A stretch of DNA of 64,000 bases from Ignavibacteriota bacterium (GCA_963701295.1 OY969585.1:2432001-2496000); one strand, 5' to 3'; positions 1-11,076 are shown, numbered from the stretch's first letter. Made by a program: numbers and translations. The notes: generated by a model not told the origin, from the letters alone.

Positions 1-600
1 ACCACGTTTCAGCCGCAACTTGCGACACACGTAGTCGAGTTTACCCGTCTGAGCAGTAAACAAATCTTCGCCGGGCGACAGAAAATATGCACACGAATAG
101 ACCAGGTTCTTATCAAGGAAGAGGGCGAAGAAATCATTCGAAGTGTTATAGTGATACGTTACAGCTTGGCGATCGCGTGTAGTCGAATGTTGAGCCCCGG
201 TGAGATGAACTGGCTGCCTACCGGCCCGTGGACCGTGGTGAGAAGGGAGGGTGAGAAGCATTGAAGCGATACGAATACGGTCAGCGATACTCAAGTGCAA
301 ACCTAAAAGATGTTCTGCCATGGGGAACGCTCTTTCGATGTTCCCCTCAATGTCGAAGTCATCAAAGATATAGGATTGACCGAGGGTATTTTCACTGGGC
401 CGCAGGAACATTGCCCGGAGGGCACCAGGATGTCGAAGAACCATCGTAAACCCTGTAGGTTGGTCAGCTTCTGCATCCCAAACAGATCCATCCCAAAATC
501 GGAATGAATAATCACGGGGATGATGATCCTTCAACAGGAATTGAAGGATCGACTTGCTTGTTTGTACAGCACGGTCACGAGTCTTGGTTTGAATAAGCAT
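1..600 (-). CDS. cfa: Cyclopropane-fatty-acyl-phospholipid synthase (5' part, runs off the left edge)
   Basis: Not in the ORF track. Manual translation from ATG at 600 (AAGGAG RBS) gives ...YHYNTSNDFFALFLDKNLVYSCAYF...AQTGKLDYVCRKLRLKRG, typical CFA synthase motifs. Confidence 0.9.
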   Translation of the reverse strand, partial: MLIQTKTRDRAVQTSKSILQFLLKDHHPRDYSFRFWDGSVWDAEADQPTGFTMVLRHPGALRAMFLRPSENTLGQSYIFDDFDIEGNIERAFPMAEHLLGLHLSIADRIRIASMLLTLPSHHGPRAGRQPVHLTGAQHSTTRDRQAVTYHYNTSNDFFALFLDKNLVYSCAYFLSPGEDLFTAQTGKLDYVCRKLRLKRG

Positions 601-1028
601 GGCAATTTCTCCTTCGTCTGATCGTTCAGAGGCAAGCAAATATCAGGATAACCCACCATCACTTCTATAATCTCTGTTAAATACTGACTGTGTTGAAGAA
701 TTTTGTGTTACCCAAGATTCCGGTAATTTTCTTCCCATCGAAGATCTCTGCGCACCAAATTTCTATAGTATGCTGCCACCTAATTTCTCAAGGATTCTGT
801 AATGAGATATCGTCTGGCCTATCATTGCCGGCATCCCTAGAACAAAAAAATCCACCTCCTCTTTCGAATCTGGAGGCTCTCAAAGAAGCGCCTTTCTGCA
901 CGAGTCCCCTCCCCTAGGACTTTCACATGTATTTATTAAAAGTTAGATAGGAGTTCGGTCAATGTCAATGTGAATGAGACGACATTTCCACAACTGAGAA
1001 AGAAAGGAGCAGTTCTTCCGCAACGTTC

Positions 1029-1121
1029 TCACACGTTCCTTCGTCTCGGCAAAGCCTTTCCAAGCGTCACAGCGATGACGGCAAGAACACGCAGGATTCG
1101 TTTCCAGTTGATCTTTCTCAT
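1029..1121 (-). CDS. 30-aa basic/hydrophobic small peptide
   Basis: MRKINWKRILRVLAVIAVTLGKALPRRRNV preceded by AAGGAG; below the ORF-track cutoff. Confidence 0.4.
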   Translation of the reverse strand: MRKINWKRILRVLAVIAVTLGKALPRRRNV

Positions 1122-1249
1122 AATGGTTCTCCTTTTACGAGTGAATAAACCACCCTATTCCTTCCTTATACCGCAGAATTCATCGGTGGATTATGGAATA
1201 AGAGGATAAGTAAAGGTAATATTTATCCATTCACTATTCGGAGGTCAGA

Positions 1250-1684
1250 ATGAGCGAACAAGAATACGAAGACTTGTGGCATTATAGCGAGCAGTTTACG
1301 CGAGACAAATTCCAGAGATCAGAGCTTGTTACTATGGCTTGGAAAGAAGGACAGCGGCTTGGCGAACGTTGCACACCAGGACTGATGAAATCAATGATGC
1401 ACTTCTGTTCGAAGAAACTAGACAGACAATCTGCGTTCCCTGTAAAGGATATGGGCAAAATAACTCTCGACGCTTGGAATCACGACCGAGTTCACATTGA
1501 CAGGCCAATGACACTCGGAGATTTTCTGTTTCCGTTCAAGATTAATCTGTTAGAAAATGCTATTACGAATAACTTTCTGGAATCTCTGACTGCCGAAGAA
1601 CGATCATTTCTCGACGATCTGATAGCAGGATATTCGGTGAAAGACATTTCAAAACGTACCCGCAACATTCCATCCCTCCAATAA
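1250..1684 (+). CDS. Hypothetical protein with C-terminal sigma-region-4/HTH-like segment, possibly truncated
   Basis: GGAGG RBS; C-terminus FLESLTAEERSFLDDLIAGYSVKDIS resembles an HTH. Confidence 0.45.
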   Translation: MSEQEYEDLWHYSEQFTRDKFQRSELVTMAWKEGQRLGERCTPGLMKSMMHFCSKKLDRQSAFPVKDMGKITLDAWNHDRVHIDRPMTLGDFLFPFKINLLENAITNNFLESLTAEERSFLDDLIAGYSVKDISKRTRNIPSLQ

Positions 1685-2334
1685 AAAGCTATTGCCTATC
1701 TGTAACGGTGGAGAAGAGCACGATGTGTTGCGCTTTTCTTTACAATATTGTCATCCTGCCATTGGCGAAATGGCAAATATGGAACCCTTTTTTAAGCCTT
1801 ACAGGAGATCCATCGAGCTGCTTCTGCTTCGAGATAGGACAGGAATCAATGTCGAAAGGGAGGGTCTTACGAATTTATAATAGAAAGTGGTTTCGCCAAA
1901 ATTTTTCTGGATTTTTTCATTCGACTTTGGCAAATCGATTTCGAAAATTCTTATTTATTTTTGAAAAAGGCCTTAATGCGAATTTAAAAAAGGTTGATAC
2001 CAGAGACCATCTCCTCGATGGGCGCTAACCTCCCATAGCCTCGGCATCTTGTAACGCGTCGTAGCTGATATTTTTTAGGCAAAATATATTTTACCTTATC
2101 AGGTAGCCAGTGCTTAATATTAGAAAAATACCAACTTATCATGAGCACATCAATCAGGGCAGGTCAAGACCATAGACTCTTATTAAAAGAAATTATGATG
2201 AAGTCCCTTGCATCATTCAATAATTCTGCTAACGTATTATATAGAAGAGAGACTGGGTTCTCGTGACAAACACAATTTCAGAGATATTGTTCTTCAGAGA
2301 TACTATTCTTAATTGATGTGGAATGGGAGTACTG

Positions 2335-5300
2335 ATGAAGAGATATTATTTGTTACTACTTGCTGTGATAGGAATTACGTTTGTTGCTTCGGCGAAAGAT
2401 CCTTCCCAAAAGCTCTCGCCCTTTTTTCAGCGTCTTCTGGATGCGAGATCAACGGCTTCACTCGCGAATAAAACGGGATATGCAAAACTTTCAGCAGAAC
2501 CAACAGTCACGACAACGGGCGATACACTCTACCGCGTGATCATCCACACCACGGATCCTTCATCGCTTCGAAACGAAGGAATTATTGTTAACACCGTCCG
2601 AAAGAATTTTGTAACGGCGCAGGCGACAAAGGGTCAGATTCGTCGCATTGCCGGGTTGAGTTCAATAAGTTTCATTCGTGAGGCTCGTAAACGAAAACCT
2701 ATAAACGATGTTGCCGCGGGTCTCAGCGGAGCGCGCTCGTTGCAAAACGGTTCAATTAATAATACGCAATATACCGGCGCCGGTGTTCTCATCAGCGATA
2801 TCGACACGGGTATCGATTGGAAACACCTCGACTTTCGCAATCCCACCGATACAACAAAAAGCCGCATCGTCTATTTGTGGGATCAAACACTGACGGCCGG
2901 ATCGGGCGATGCTACGGCAAAAGGATATGGAGTGCTCTATACCAACGCTCAAATAAATGCTGCAATTGCTTCCGGTTCTTCATCTGTGCGTTCTAGGGAT
3001 ATGCTTGGCCATGGAACGCACGTCGCCGGCATTATGGCCGGGAATGGCGCATCCATGCCTTCGAGGAAATATGCCGGTTTTGCTCCAAATGCAGATTTGC
3101 TGATCATTGAAACAAACTTTTCCGATGCAAGTATTATCGATGCGATGGATTGGGCCGATAGCATTGCCACGGCTCTCAACGAGCCGCTCGTCGTTAATCT
3201 CTCGCTTGGTTCGCAAATGAGTGCCCATGACGGTACAGAGGATGATGAGCAGGTTGTTGATGAGATTTCTATAAAAACGGGTCGCGCCTTTGCTATTTCT
3301 GCAGGCAACGACGGCGCGGACGGCATTCATATTTCCGGTTCTATTAATTCCCTTAGTACTGCGACGGTTACATTTTCTGTTCCCACATATACACCGAACC
3401 CCGGAACTCAAAATGACTATGTTCTTATTGATGGATGGATTAATAGCGATGATAACGTCACAGGATCGATCACTTCTCCCGATCCTGCAATAACCGTTAC
3501 AGCAACTCCGGAAACAGAATACTCTAATGATGGTGACGCAGGTTATATGGAAGTGGACAATTTTACTAGCCCGCTAAATAGTAAACGCGAAATTGTGACT
3601 TATATTTTTGATCATAACAGTTCAAAGAATCCACGTGCTGGCACGTGGACACTCAAATTATTAAATACTTCTTCTCACGCCGTAACATATAATGCCTGGT
3701 TCGATTCGGATTTTGGCACATCCGGATCGCTTGTGGCCGTGACGAACGCCGATAACAACTACACTGTCGCTTCACCGGGTGATGCAACCAGCGCTATTAC
3801 CGCAGCTGCATATGCAACTCGTTGGTATTGGAAGTCCACCGACGGCAGTGTCTACCTTGCATCAGGCATCAATACAAGCGATAGTATCGCTTACTTCAGC
3901 AGTATCGGTCCGCGAGCAGACGGTTATCAAAAACCGGATATTGCTGCGCCAGGCTTCTATGTAATCTCTGCTTTTCCGAACAGTTTTCTTTCCACAGCGA
4001 GTTATGCTTCTTCAGTAATGCCAGATAACAAACACTGGATAATGGCAGGAACCAGCATGGCGGCGCCGGGTGTAGCAGGAAGCATCGCGTTGCTCTTTCA
4101 AGCAAACGCGACCCTGACAGCATCAGCCGTGAAGAGCTTGCTTACATCTAACGCAATGATGGATGCTTTCACTGGATCGTTACTGCCAAATACTCGATGG
4201 GGCTATGGCAAATTGGATGTTGCTAAAGCGATGACAGCTCTCGTGGCGCCGAGCACAACAAACACAAGAAATATAATTTCCTATGACGATTGGAACCGAA
4301 CCACCAATGATGTCACGGATTTCAACAATTATGTGCAAGCCAGTGGAAGCGTGTCCGAAAAGTATGCTGTCCGCATAACTCCTACAACAGATTCCAAGTT
4401 AACAGGGATTCTATTCCACACCTACTCAACGGTGACATTGAATAATAATCTCATAGCTGAAGTCTGGTCGAACAATCAATTGGCCAATTTGCCGAGTGTT
4501 CTCATCGCCGGACCATTCACGATCAGTCCGAACGTAGTGGCGACTGCGGGATGGAACTATGTCGATATCCCCAAAGAGTCCACGTTTACGCTTGCAGCCA
4601 ATACAAGTTATCATCTCGTGTTTTATCCCGCGTCGGGGACAGCGGATATAATTTCGTTTACAAGGGACGCCAATGCGATTAGCGGGCGCAGTTCACATTA
4701 TTCGAGCGGTGCGTGGTCAGCATACATCAACGGCGATATACGCATTCGCGGTGTTGTGGTCGGAACAAACGGAGCATTGCCAGTAGAACTGAATTCATTC
4801 GCAGCGTCATCGTCTGGCAACGCGGTCGACCTGACGTGGACCACTGCAACCGAAACGAACAATTACGGTTTCAACATCGAGCGCGAGAAGATCGGAACCG
4901 ACGCTTCATGGAAAACGATCGGTTTCATTCCCGGCAATGGAACAAGTGCGATCACGCATCGCTACAGTTATATGGATAATAGCATCTCAATGGACGGTTC
5001 GTATCTTTACCGGCTCGGTCAGGTCGACAACAGCGGGGTATTGAAATACTCATCGGAACTCGAAGTTGCAATCAATCTCCCGAAACAATTTGCGGTCTGG
5101 CAAAACTATCCGAACCCGTTTAATTCATCGACAACCATTTCTTTTAATTTGCCGTCGCGGTCATTCATATCACTGAAAGTGTTCGATCTCATTGGAAGAG
5201 AGGTGGCAACAATTGTGTCAGAAGAACTGCAAGAGGGAAATTACTCTCGGCAATGGAATGCTTCTGATTTGCCTAGTGGCACTTATTTCTATCGTTTACA

Positions 5301-5346
5301 AGCTGGTTCGTTTACTGAAACAAAGAAACTTGTTTTACTGAAATGA
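2335..5346 (+). CDS. Secreted S8 subtilisin-like serine protease with T9SS C-terminal domain
   Basis: Signal peptide; DIDTG, HGTHVAG and GTSMAAP catalytic motifs; LPVEL..QNYPNPFN tail. Confidence 0.93.
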   Translation: MKRYYLLLLAVIGITFVASAKDPSQKLSPFFQRLLDARSTASLANKTGYAKLSAEPTVTTTGDTLYRVIIHTTDPSSLRNEGIIVNTVRKNFVTAQATKGQIRRIAGLSSISFIREARKRKPINDVAAGLSGARSLQNGSINNTQYTGAGVLISDIDTGIDWKHLDFRNPTDTTKSRIVYLWDQTLTAGSGDATAKGYGVLYTNAQINAAIASGSSSVRSRDMLGHGTHVAGIMAGNGASMPSRKYAGFAPNADLLIIETNFSDASIIDAMDWADSIATALNEPLVVNLSLGSQMSAHDGTEDDEQVVDEISIKTGRAFAISAGNDGADGIHISGSINSLSTATVTFSVPTYTPNPGTQNDYVLIDGWINSDDNVTGSITSPDPAITVTATPETEYSNDGDAGYMEVDNFTSPLNSKREIVTYIFDHNSSKNPRAGTWTLKLLNTSSHAVTYNAWFDSDFGTSGSLVAVTNADNNYTVASPGDATSAITAAAYATRWYWKSTDGSVYLASGINTSDSIAYFSSIGPRADGYQKPDIAAPGFYVISAFPNSFLSTASYASSVMPDNKHWIMAGTSMAAPGVAGSIALLFQANATLTASAVKSLLTSNAMMDAFTGSLLPNTRWGYGKLDVAKAMTALVAPSTTNTRNIISYDDWNRTTNDVTDFNNYVQASGSVSEKYAVRITPTTDSKLTGILFHTYSTVTLNNNLIAEVWSNNQLANLPSVLIAGPFTISPNVVATAGWNYVDIPKESTFTLAANTSYHLVFYPASGTADIISFTRDANAISGRSSHYSSGAWSAYINGDIRIRGVVVGTNGALPVELNSFAASSSGNAVDLTWTTATETNNYGFNIEREKIGTDASWKTIGFIPGNGTSAITHRYSYMDNSISMDGSYLYRLGQVDNSGVLKYSSELEVAINLPKQFAVWQNYPNPFNSSTTISFNLPSRSFISLKVFDLIGREVATIVSEELQEGNYSRQWNASDLPSGTYFYRLQAGSFTETKKLVLLK

Positions 5347-5424
5347 ACTGGCAATATAAACGTACATGTTGTCGAAGCTTTGCCACAATTGTAAGGTGGC
5401 TTTCAAAAATAACGCGGAGTATTT

Positions 5425-5625
5425 ATGAGTAAAGAAAAAAAAGCGAAGATCCTTTGGTTTATTGCTGGATTAATATTCTTAAGTGTCTGCTTGCATGATA
5501 TTTATTATTCTGGTTCATCGAATAAATCTATACTTATTATAGTCTTTGAAGGCATAGCAGGAATTGCTTCAATTATTAATGCAGTTACATTTAGAAGAAA
5601 GTATGTAGGTAAGAAACCTGCATAA
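5425..5625 (+). CDS. Small 2-TM membrane protein (relic cassette gene)
   Basis: GGAG RBS, two hydrophobic stretches; stop codon lies in GCATAAC, an R''-like box. Confidence 0.6.
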   Translation: MSKEKKAKILWFIAGLIFLSVCLHDIYYSGSSNKSILIIVFEGIAGIASIINAVTFRRKYVGKKPA

Positions 5626-5785
5626 CCGAATAAGAGTGTCCACAATATGTGGAACTTGTATACGTACATTCCAAATTTGGGAATGTAGTAAATGGACTTG
5701 GTTCGTGCGGTGGGATATTGAGATTTATCGTTGCGGCAGATTACTTCTTCGCCGTCTTTTGGGCGGAGCCGCCCATCCGTTAGGC
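5620..5785 (+). repeat. Degenerate attC site with 24-bp hairpin insertion
   Basis: Right half GGACTTGGTTCG...GCGGCAGATTA[24 bp]GCCGCCCATCCGTTAGGC matches the array attC family; left half is decayed. Confidence 0.7.
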
Positions 5786-5800
5786 GGCGGGAAATAAATC

Positions 5801-6421
5801 ATGAACATAAAAACTATCTCGATCTTTATTTTTGGCATAGCGTGTGGAGCTTTATTTAGTATTCTGATAATGAGGCTCACATTGTCACACTCTTACCAAC
5901 AAGAGAAGCCAATACAAAATATTCCTACGGCTAAGCCAACGATTGCCGATATGTGTGCTTTGCTGGATGCTCCACGAATGCCTCTTATGGTCGTCACTGG
6001 TTCAATCATCGACTTCAAAAATACTCAGTGGCAACTTCGGGGACTTAATAATACTATTATTTCTTTTGCTGATCTTCGTGGCAAAGTACTCTTCATAAAT
6101 TTTTGGGGAACATGGTGTGGACCCTGTGTTGCAGAGATGCCTTCTATCCAAGTATTGTATGATTCCCTAAAACACGATCCAGTTGAATTCCTTGCTATCT
6201 CAGATGAATCTATTTCAAAGATTCAAGAGTTTGCCAAACGCGAACAGCTTACTTTGCCACTTTTCCAGAGCATATCAAAGCCGCTTCCAGAATTTGATTT
6301 CAAAGTGTGGCCGGTAACAGCTATCGTAAACAAGTCTGGCACAATTGTATATGTTGAATCTGGAAGTGTGAAATGGGACGATCCATCTGTTATAAAATTT
6401 ATACGTAATCTTTGTAAGTAA
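5801..6421 (+). CDS. TlpA/ResA-family thiol-disulfide oxidoreductase (relic cassette gene)
   Basis: FINFWGTWCGPCVAEMP motif, N-terminal TM; preceded by an R' box and followed by a half attC. Confidence 0.9.
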   Translation: MNIKTISIFIFGIACGALFSILIMRLTLSHSYQQEKPIQNIPTAKPTIADMCALLDAPRMPLMVVTGSIIDFKNTQWQLRGLNNTIISFADLRGKVLFINFWGTWCGPCVAEMPSIQVLYDSLKHDPVEFLAISDESISKIQEFAKREQLTLPLFQSISKPLPEFDFKVWPVTAIVNKSGTIVYVESGSVKWDDPSVIKFIRNLCK

Positions 6422-6427
6422 TCCGCT

Positions 6428-6449
6428 GTTTAACCAGGCGCTCAGGCTT
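6428..6449 (+). repeat. Left-half attC relic
   Basis: GTTTAACCAGGCGCTCAGGCT versus array consensus CCTAACCAGGCGCTCAAGCT. Confidence 0.6.
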
Positions 6450-6594
6450 TAGCAGAGGCAAGCGTAATCAATTGACTTTTTAAACATCACATCTGACAAA
6501 TGCTATATTTTGATGCAGATTTCTTTTTATCCGGTTTTTTATTTTTACTGGTCTTCATGTATCTATAAACGAAGAGGGAAAAAGAGGATATACT

Positions 6595-7890
6595 ATGGCC
6601 CCCACAAAGAAAAAATCTATTGCAATGCGACCGTCTATCCGGAAGCTGGAATCGCTCATAGATGCTGCGAAGCAACTCAACACTACATTTGATCTGGATA
6701 AACTTCTTTCTATCATTCTCGGCCATGCCACGAAGAATCTCAATGCAGCGCGAGGAACGATCTATCTCATCGACGAACGGACACAGGAGATTTGGTCAAA
6801 AGTGGTGAAAGGCACTGGACTAGTCGAAATCAGATTGCCGATTGGGACTGGCATTTCTGGGACAGTCGCTAAAACCGGAAGAACAATCAACGTGAAAGAT
6901 GCAAGCAAAGATAAGCGATTCTATTCGGCTATTGATAATAAATCTGGTTTTCATACAAAAACGATGCTTTGCAGACCAATGAGAAATAGAAACGGCGTCA
7001 TTATAGGGGTCTTTCAGATTATAAACAAAAAACGTGGTGTTTTTAATCGGAACGATGAATTTTTCCTGGATGCGTTTTCAGAACACGCTTCTCTCGCCAT
7101 CAAAAATGCTAGACTCTTTCAAGCGGATCTTGAACATGTGCGGGTGGATAAAGAAATTCAAATCGCTGCTGAAATGCAGCAACAGCTTTTCCCGAAAGTA
7201 ATAATTCAAATCCCATCGTATGAACTCTCCGTCACGGTCCAACCTTGTGCATCAATCGGCGGTGATTCGTACGACATCATTCCACTCAAGGATGGGAAAT
7301 TTGCTATCACTATCGCTGACGTCTCTGGAAAAGGAATCCCAGCTGCTCTTTTAGTGTCGACTTTGCATGCCTTATTGCGAGTGTACCTTCAGTATCCAAT
7401 GGAATTGGTTGAGCTTGTTAGGAGATTGAATGCTCTCGTTTACAATAATAGTCCAGCAGAACGCTTTATCACTTTTTTTATCATGATTTTTGATCCGATT
7501 AATCATAAGTTCACCTATGTGAATGCCGGTCATAACCCGCCTTTCCTTTTCCGAAAAAGCAGAAACGATATTAACGAACTTATGGCGAGCGGTTTACCTC
7601 TGGGAATCGTGGAAGAACAGCAGTTTGAAACCCATCAGATAAACCTTCAACATGGCGATACGTTGGTTTTGTATACTGATGGAGTGACAGAGGCGGCAAA
7701 TAAAAAGCTTCAACAATATGGTGAACAGAAATTACGTGAATGTGTTCTTAGGAACTTCGAGACAACAGCCGAGACGATCAAAGGATGTATAGTGAGAGAC
7801 GTTCAAGGGTTCATTGGAAATTATCCGCTGTCCGATGATTTCACCTTAATGGGGCTGAAGAGAGACCCCGAGGCATCGTTCAAATTATGA
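6595..7890 (+). CDS. GAF + SpoIIE/PP2C phosphatase (RsbU-like)
   Basis: GAF region, then IGGDSYD, ADVSGKG, NAGHNPP, LYTDGVTEA and DDFT motifs. Confidence 0.92.
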   Translation: MAPTKKKSIAMRPSIRKLESLIDAAKQLNTTFDLDKLLSIILGHATKNLNAARGTIYLIDERTQEIWSKVVKGTGLVEIRLPIGTGISGTVAKTGRTINVKDASKDKRFYSAIDNKSGFHTKTMLCRPMRNRNGVIIGVFQIINKKRGVFNRNDEFFLDAFSEHASLAIKNARLFQADLEHVRVDKEIQIAAEMQQQLFPKVIIQIPSYELSVTVQPCASIGGDSYDIIPLKDGKFAITIADVSGKGIPAALLVSTLHALLRVYLQYPMELVELVRRLNALVYNNSPAERFITFFIMIFDPINHKFTYVNAGHNPPFLFRKSRNDINELMASGLPLGIVEEQQFETHQINLQHGDTLVLYTDGVTEAANKKLQQYGEQKLRECVLRNFETTAETIKGCIVRDVQGFIGNYPLSDDFTLMGLKRDPEASFKL

Positions 7891-7980
7891 CGCCGTTTAT
7901 ATTCTTTGAATTTGTTGTCACCGGTACTAGCCGGTGCAGATCTATCTATCGAGAGGACAGTCACGACGAAGCAACGATAT

Positions 7981-8100
7981 CCAAAACTGCGCTCAAGCTG
8001 ACGGAGTGAGCGTGCGTACGTTAAGTATGACTGGTATAGGTTTCGTTTACTACAAAATTGGAAGTTATCAATATGGCAGCTTAGTACCCATTCGTTAGGC
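7981..8100 (+). repeat. Degenerate attC site
   Basis: GCGCTCAAGCTGACGGAGTGAGCG...GGCAGCTTAGTACCCATTCGTTAGGC. Confidence 0.75.
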
Positions 8101-8149
8101 GGCTCACAAAGAATTCATAAAAGAATTGAACGTAGAAAAGGAAGATTTT

Positions 8150-8725
8150 ATGCGATGGAAGTATGGACGTATAGCCAGAGGAATGACCTTCGGGACACTA
8201 TTCGGCTTGCTCTGGTTACTTATTCCGTTTCAAGATAATAATCTTAACGGAACACCGTTAAGCTTGTCGGTGGTTTTTATGATCTTGCTTATTATAGGTT
8301 GTATTTATCTGTTTCACATTGCTGCGAGTGCACCGAAAGAATCCGAAGAAAATATGATTCTTTACAAATCCGAGCGGAGTAGAACAGGTAAGATGTTTGG
8401 TGTAGTGTTCTCAGCTGAGTTTGTGCTAATTGGGTTGGTCGCAAGTATATTGATTCCCAAAGGACTTTATGATTTATTCGTACCCATCATCGCTATTATT
8501 GTTGGTGTACACTTTTTTCCTCTTGCTAAATTATTCAAAGCGTATATTTATAATATTACCGGTGCTGTGGCTGTCATAGCTGGATTAGCTTCTTTTCTTG
8601 TGCGTACAGAACCTGCCCGGCAGGATTTTGTCGGATTTAGCATGGGTATCATCCTGTGGTTGACGGCGGCATACTCTTTTATACACGTGAGAAAAGAAAT
8701 GACGAATGTTAAGTTGAATAATTAA
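8150..8725 (+). CDS. Multi-pass membrane protein (DUF7010-like; relic cassette gene)
   Basis: About 6 TM segments, IVGVHFFPLA motif; lies between attC relics. Confidence 0.7.
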   Translation: MRWKYGRIARGMTFGTLFGLLWLLIPFQDNNLNGTPLSLSVVFMILLIIGCIYLFHIAASAPKESEENMILYKSERSRTGKMFGVVFSAEFVLIGLVASILIPKGLYDLFVPIIAIIVGVHFFPLAKLFKAYIYNITGAVAVIAGLASFLVRTEPARQDFVGFSMGIILWLTAAYSFIHVRKEMTNVKLNN

Positions 8726-8749
8726 CACTTAGAGAAAATTAAATCCGTT

Positions 8750-8787
8750 GCTTAACCAACCGCTCAAGCTGACCGAATGAGCATGGG
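8750..8787 (+). repeat. Left-half attC relic
   Basis: GCTTAACCAACCGCTCAAGCTGACCGAATGAGC, then similarity is lost. Confidence 0.7.
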
Positions 8788-9174
8788 TGTCAAAAGACAA
8801 AAAATAGAATACCACATTAAAGTTTTGCACATAAACTAGGAATCCTCACCAATTATATTCGATGAGGATTCTTCTTTAGACTTTGTAGCGGGGGAGACTT
8901 ATTCGGCTACTGATAGCTTGGTAGACGTTCACATAATGCATTACTGATATCCTAAATTGTAATCGTAACCATAATCGTAATTCAAATTAGCATTGATTTT
9001 GGCTTTGTTTATAACTAAGGTTACAATTACGATATATTCTTCATCTAGATAAATATCAAAATAGAAATTTGATCTTTTGTCCTATCAGTGAATCGTATTC
9101 GTAAAATCGTAATTTCGATACTCCGTTCAAGTTCGAGGCTGAAAACTTAAATATATATTTTGTACAAAGTTGAA

Positions 9175-9228
9175 AAAAAGAGGACGAAACTTTTCAGAAT
9201 CGGCCTTTCCGTAGCGGGGGAGGAAACT
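9175..9228 (+). repeat. Direct repeat, left boundary of galactan locus
   Basis: 22-bp identical core AACTTTTCAGAATCGGCCTTTC (9188-9209) also at 32160-32181, with similar flanks. Confidence 0.8.
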
Positions 9229-9368
9229 GTTCCGGACTCATACAAGAATTTTGCGTTCTTTTCAGCGAATGAATATGATTTCTAGACAAGGAGGATACAA
9301 GTCATCGTCTGATAAGGTTGGTACAAAGATTTCTGGATTTAATAGAAAGTAAATTTCATGTTTTGTTC

Positions 9369-10679
9369 TTAATTATTTCTACTACTATCCTGTAGAGATT
9401 CTGAAAAGAAATTCCGTGGTATTTCCTTAAAGTATTTCAGTTCATTGGTAAAACCGGTTCTTTCGATGCTCTTGACTTCGAAGAGAGCGATAAAATATTC
9501 CGGTACAGATTTGTTTATCTTATTGATATCTTCTATGAACTTCACCCGTAATGCAGAATTTGCCAGCATTTTCGTTCGTTCCAAACGGCCGCCATACCCA
9601 AACCCGACAATAAACATGAAATTTTCCTTCGAGAATCCAGGCATTTTAATCAATAATGAGTAATCAACATTGTACTTATTCTGCTGTTCGTAAGATGCTT
9701 CAACTCGGAGAAACATATTTACTACATTACTTTTTTCATCAATAATAAACAATCGCTCGTCTGGGGAATATTGATAACGAATAGGCGTTTTGTAAAAAAT
9801 TTTATTTAAAATTCGTAAATTTCTAAATTCGCCAATATAGATGATGTTATGATCTCGAATTTTATCAAGAGAGAGCAATGAAGACAAAGAGAGAGATACA
9901 TCATTTTGAAAATGATATACAATGTGAAGAATATCCACTAAATTATCGGCGGCACCGAATGGAATTCCTGTTATTTCGGACTTCACTAAGTTTGCTTTGG
10001 GATATTTTATTAAAAAATTGGATAAGTCATTCTCAGAAGATATTTTCCAATCCCGAACTTGACGGTAACGTTTAAATTCCGGATTGTACTCATCCAGCCA
10101 AAAATCATCTCCTAAAATGACACTCACAGGATAACCATTTTTAAAAAAAGAACCCCATACCTTATCCTGAGGATCGACAAAATACGACGTTTGAAAAGCT
10201 GAAGAGAGAAAGTTTACATTGGTTTGACGAAAAATGATAAAGAAATTAATGAATAACAGAACTACAATAACGGCTACTTCCCAGCGTTTTAATGATGAAA
10301 TGATACGATTCAATATCTTGGGATGTTCAATTTTTGAAGGTATGATCTGAATCTCATAATGTCCTTTAGGTATAACCAACCTGAATTTATCTTCTTTGCC
10401 TTCGTTCTTGTAATAGTTACCCAGTTTATTACGTAAAACTAGAATGTGATGACGTACTGTCGAATCTTTATTCGAATTAAAGCCCGAATCCTTACCGAAA
10501 ATATCAATGGCGATAGTGATTTCTTTTGGAATATTTTTTGACAGAGTGGACTGCGCAAGGTACGAAAGCAGGTTTGAATATATGGGCGAATCTTTAAAAT
10601 CCTTGCTTTGCAGTACGGCATTGACGATGGATTTTATTTCTTTATTGGAGGGTATATTTACATTATTTTGCTCTACCAT
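9369..10679 (-). CDS. Membrane-anchored one-component regulator (N-terminal winged-helix-like domain, single TM, periplasmic domain)
   Basis: LLSYL..KEITIAIDIFGK..F...DSTVR..I..LRNKL..YY..EG motif, then one TM; divergent from the TonB receptor. Confidence 0.7.
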   Translation of the reverse strand: MVEQNNVNIPSNKEIKSIVNAVLQSKDFKDSPIYSNLLSYLAQSTLSKNIPKEITIAIDIFGKDSGFNSNKDSTVRHHILVLRNKLGNYYKNEGKEDKFRLVIPKGHYEIQIIPSKIEHPKILNRIISSLKRWEVAVIVVLLFINFFIIFRQTNVNFLSSAFQTSYFVDPQDKVWGSFFKNGYPVSVILGDDFWLDEYNPEFKRYRQVRDWKISSENDLSNFLIKYPKANLVKSEITGIPFGAADNLVDILHIVYHFQNDVSLSLSSLLSLDKIRDHNIIYIGEFRNLRILNKIFYKTPIRYQYSPDERLFIIDEKSNVVNMFLRVEASYEQQNKYNVDYSLLIKMPGFSKENFMFIVGFGYGGRLERTKMLANSALRVKFIEDINKINKSVPEYFIALFEVKSIERTGFTNELKYFKEIPRNFFSESLQDSSRNN

Positions 10680-11076
10680 AAATTGCAATATATAACAAAC
10701 GCACCAAAAAGCAAACGCCAAATTTATCTATTAAAATATTTCTAAAATTGTTAATAAACGGTTTTATAACGGTTTTAGCTTTGCTAAAGCGCTTATAATG
10801 ATGTAAATAAAGCAAGATTTAATTTGGACCTGTTTAGTTTCTATATTCATTGGGTTCACTTTACCTTTTCAAAAATATTTCAATGTATACCAAGTAGTCC
10901 GGTAATGTTACGGAGTGCTCCAACTGAAAGTTTTTATGGAATTAAATATTAAAATGACGTGGCGTAAAGTGGGTTCTTTTAAATGTACAAATGTATGCGG
11001 GAACGATTATATATCTTGAGCATTAAAATTGTGACAAGAGAACATTTTTATCAGAAGGATTGATTTTTTTTGATTG

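Noticed and set aside
207-256. Resemblance to a group IIC intron 3' end (domains V-VI)
   Set aside because: It lies inside the intact cfa reading frame on the minus strand; the match is loose and no RT gene is present.
261-515. Short ORFs in the track
   Set aside because: Shadows of the cfa gene.
8957-9113. Scattered ATCGTAA repeats
   Set aside because: Short, irregularly spaced and in AT-rich DNA; no interpretable structure.
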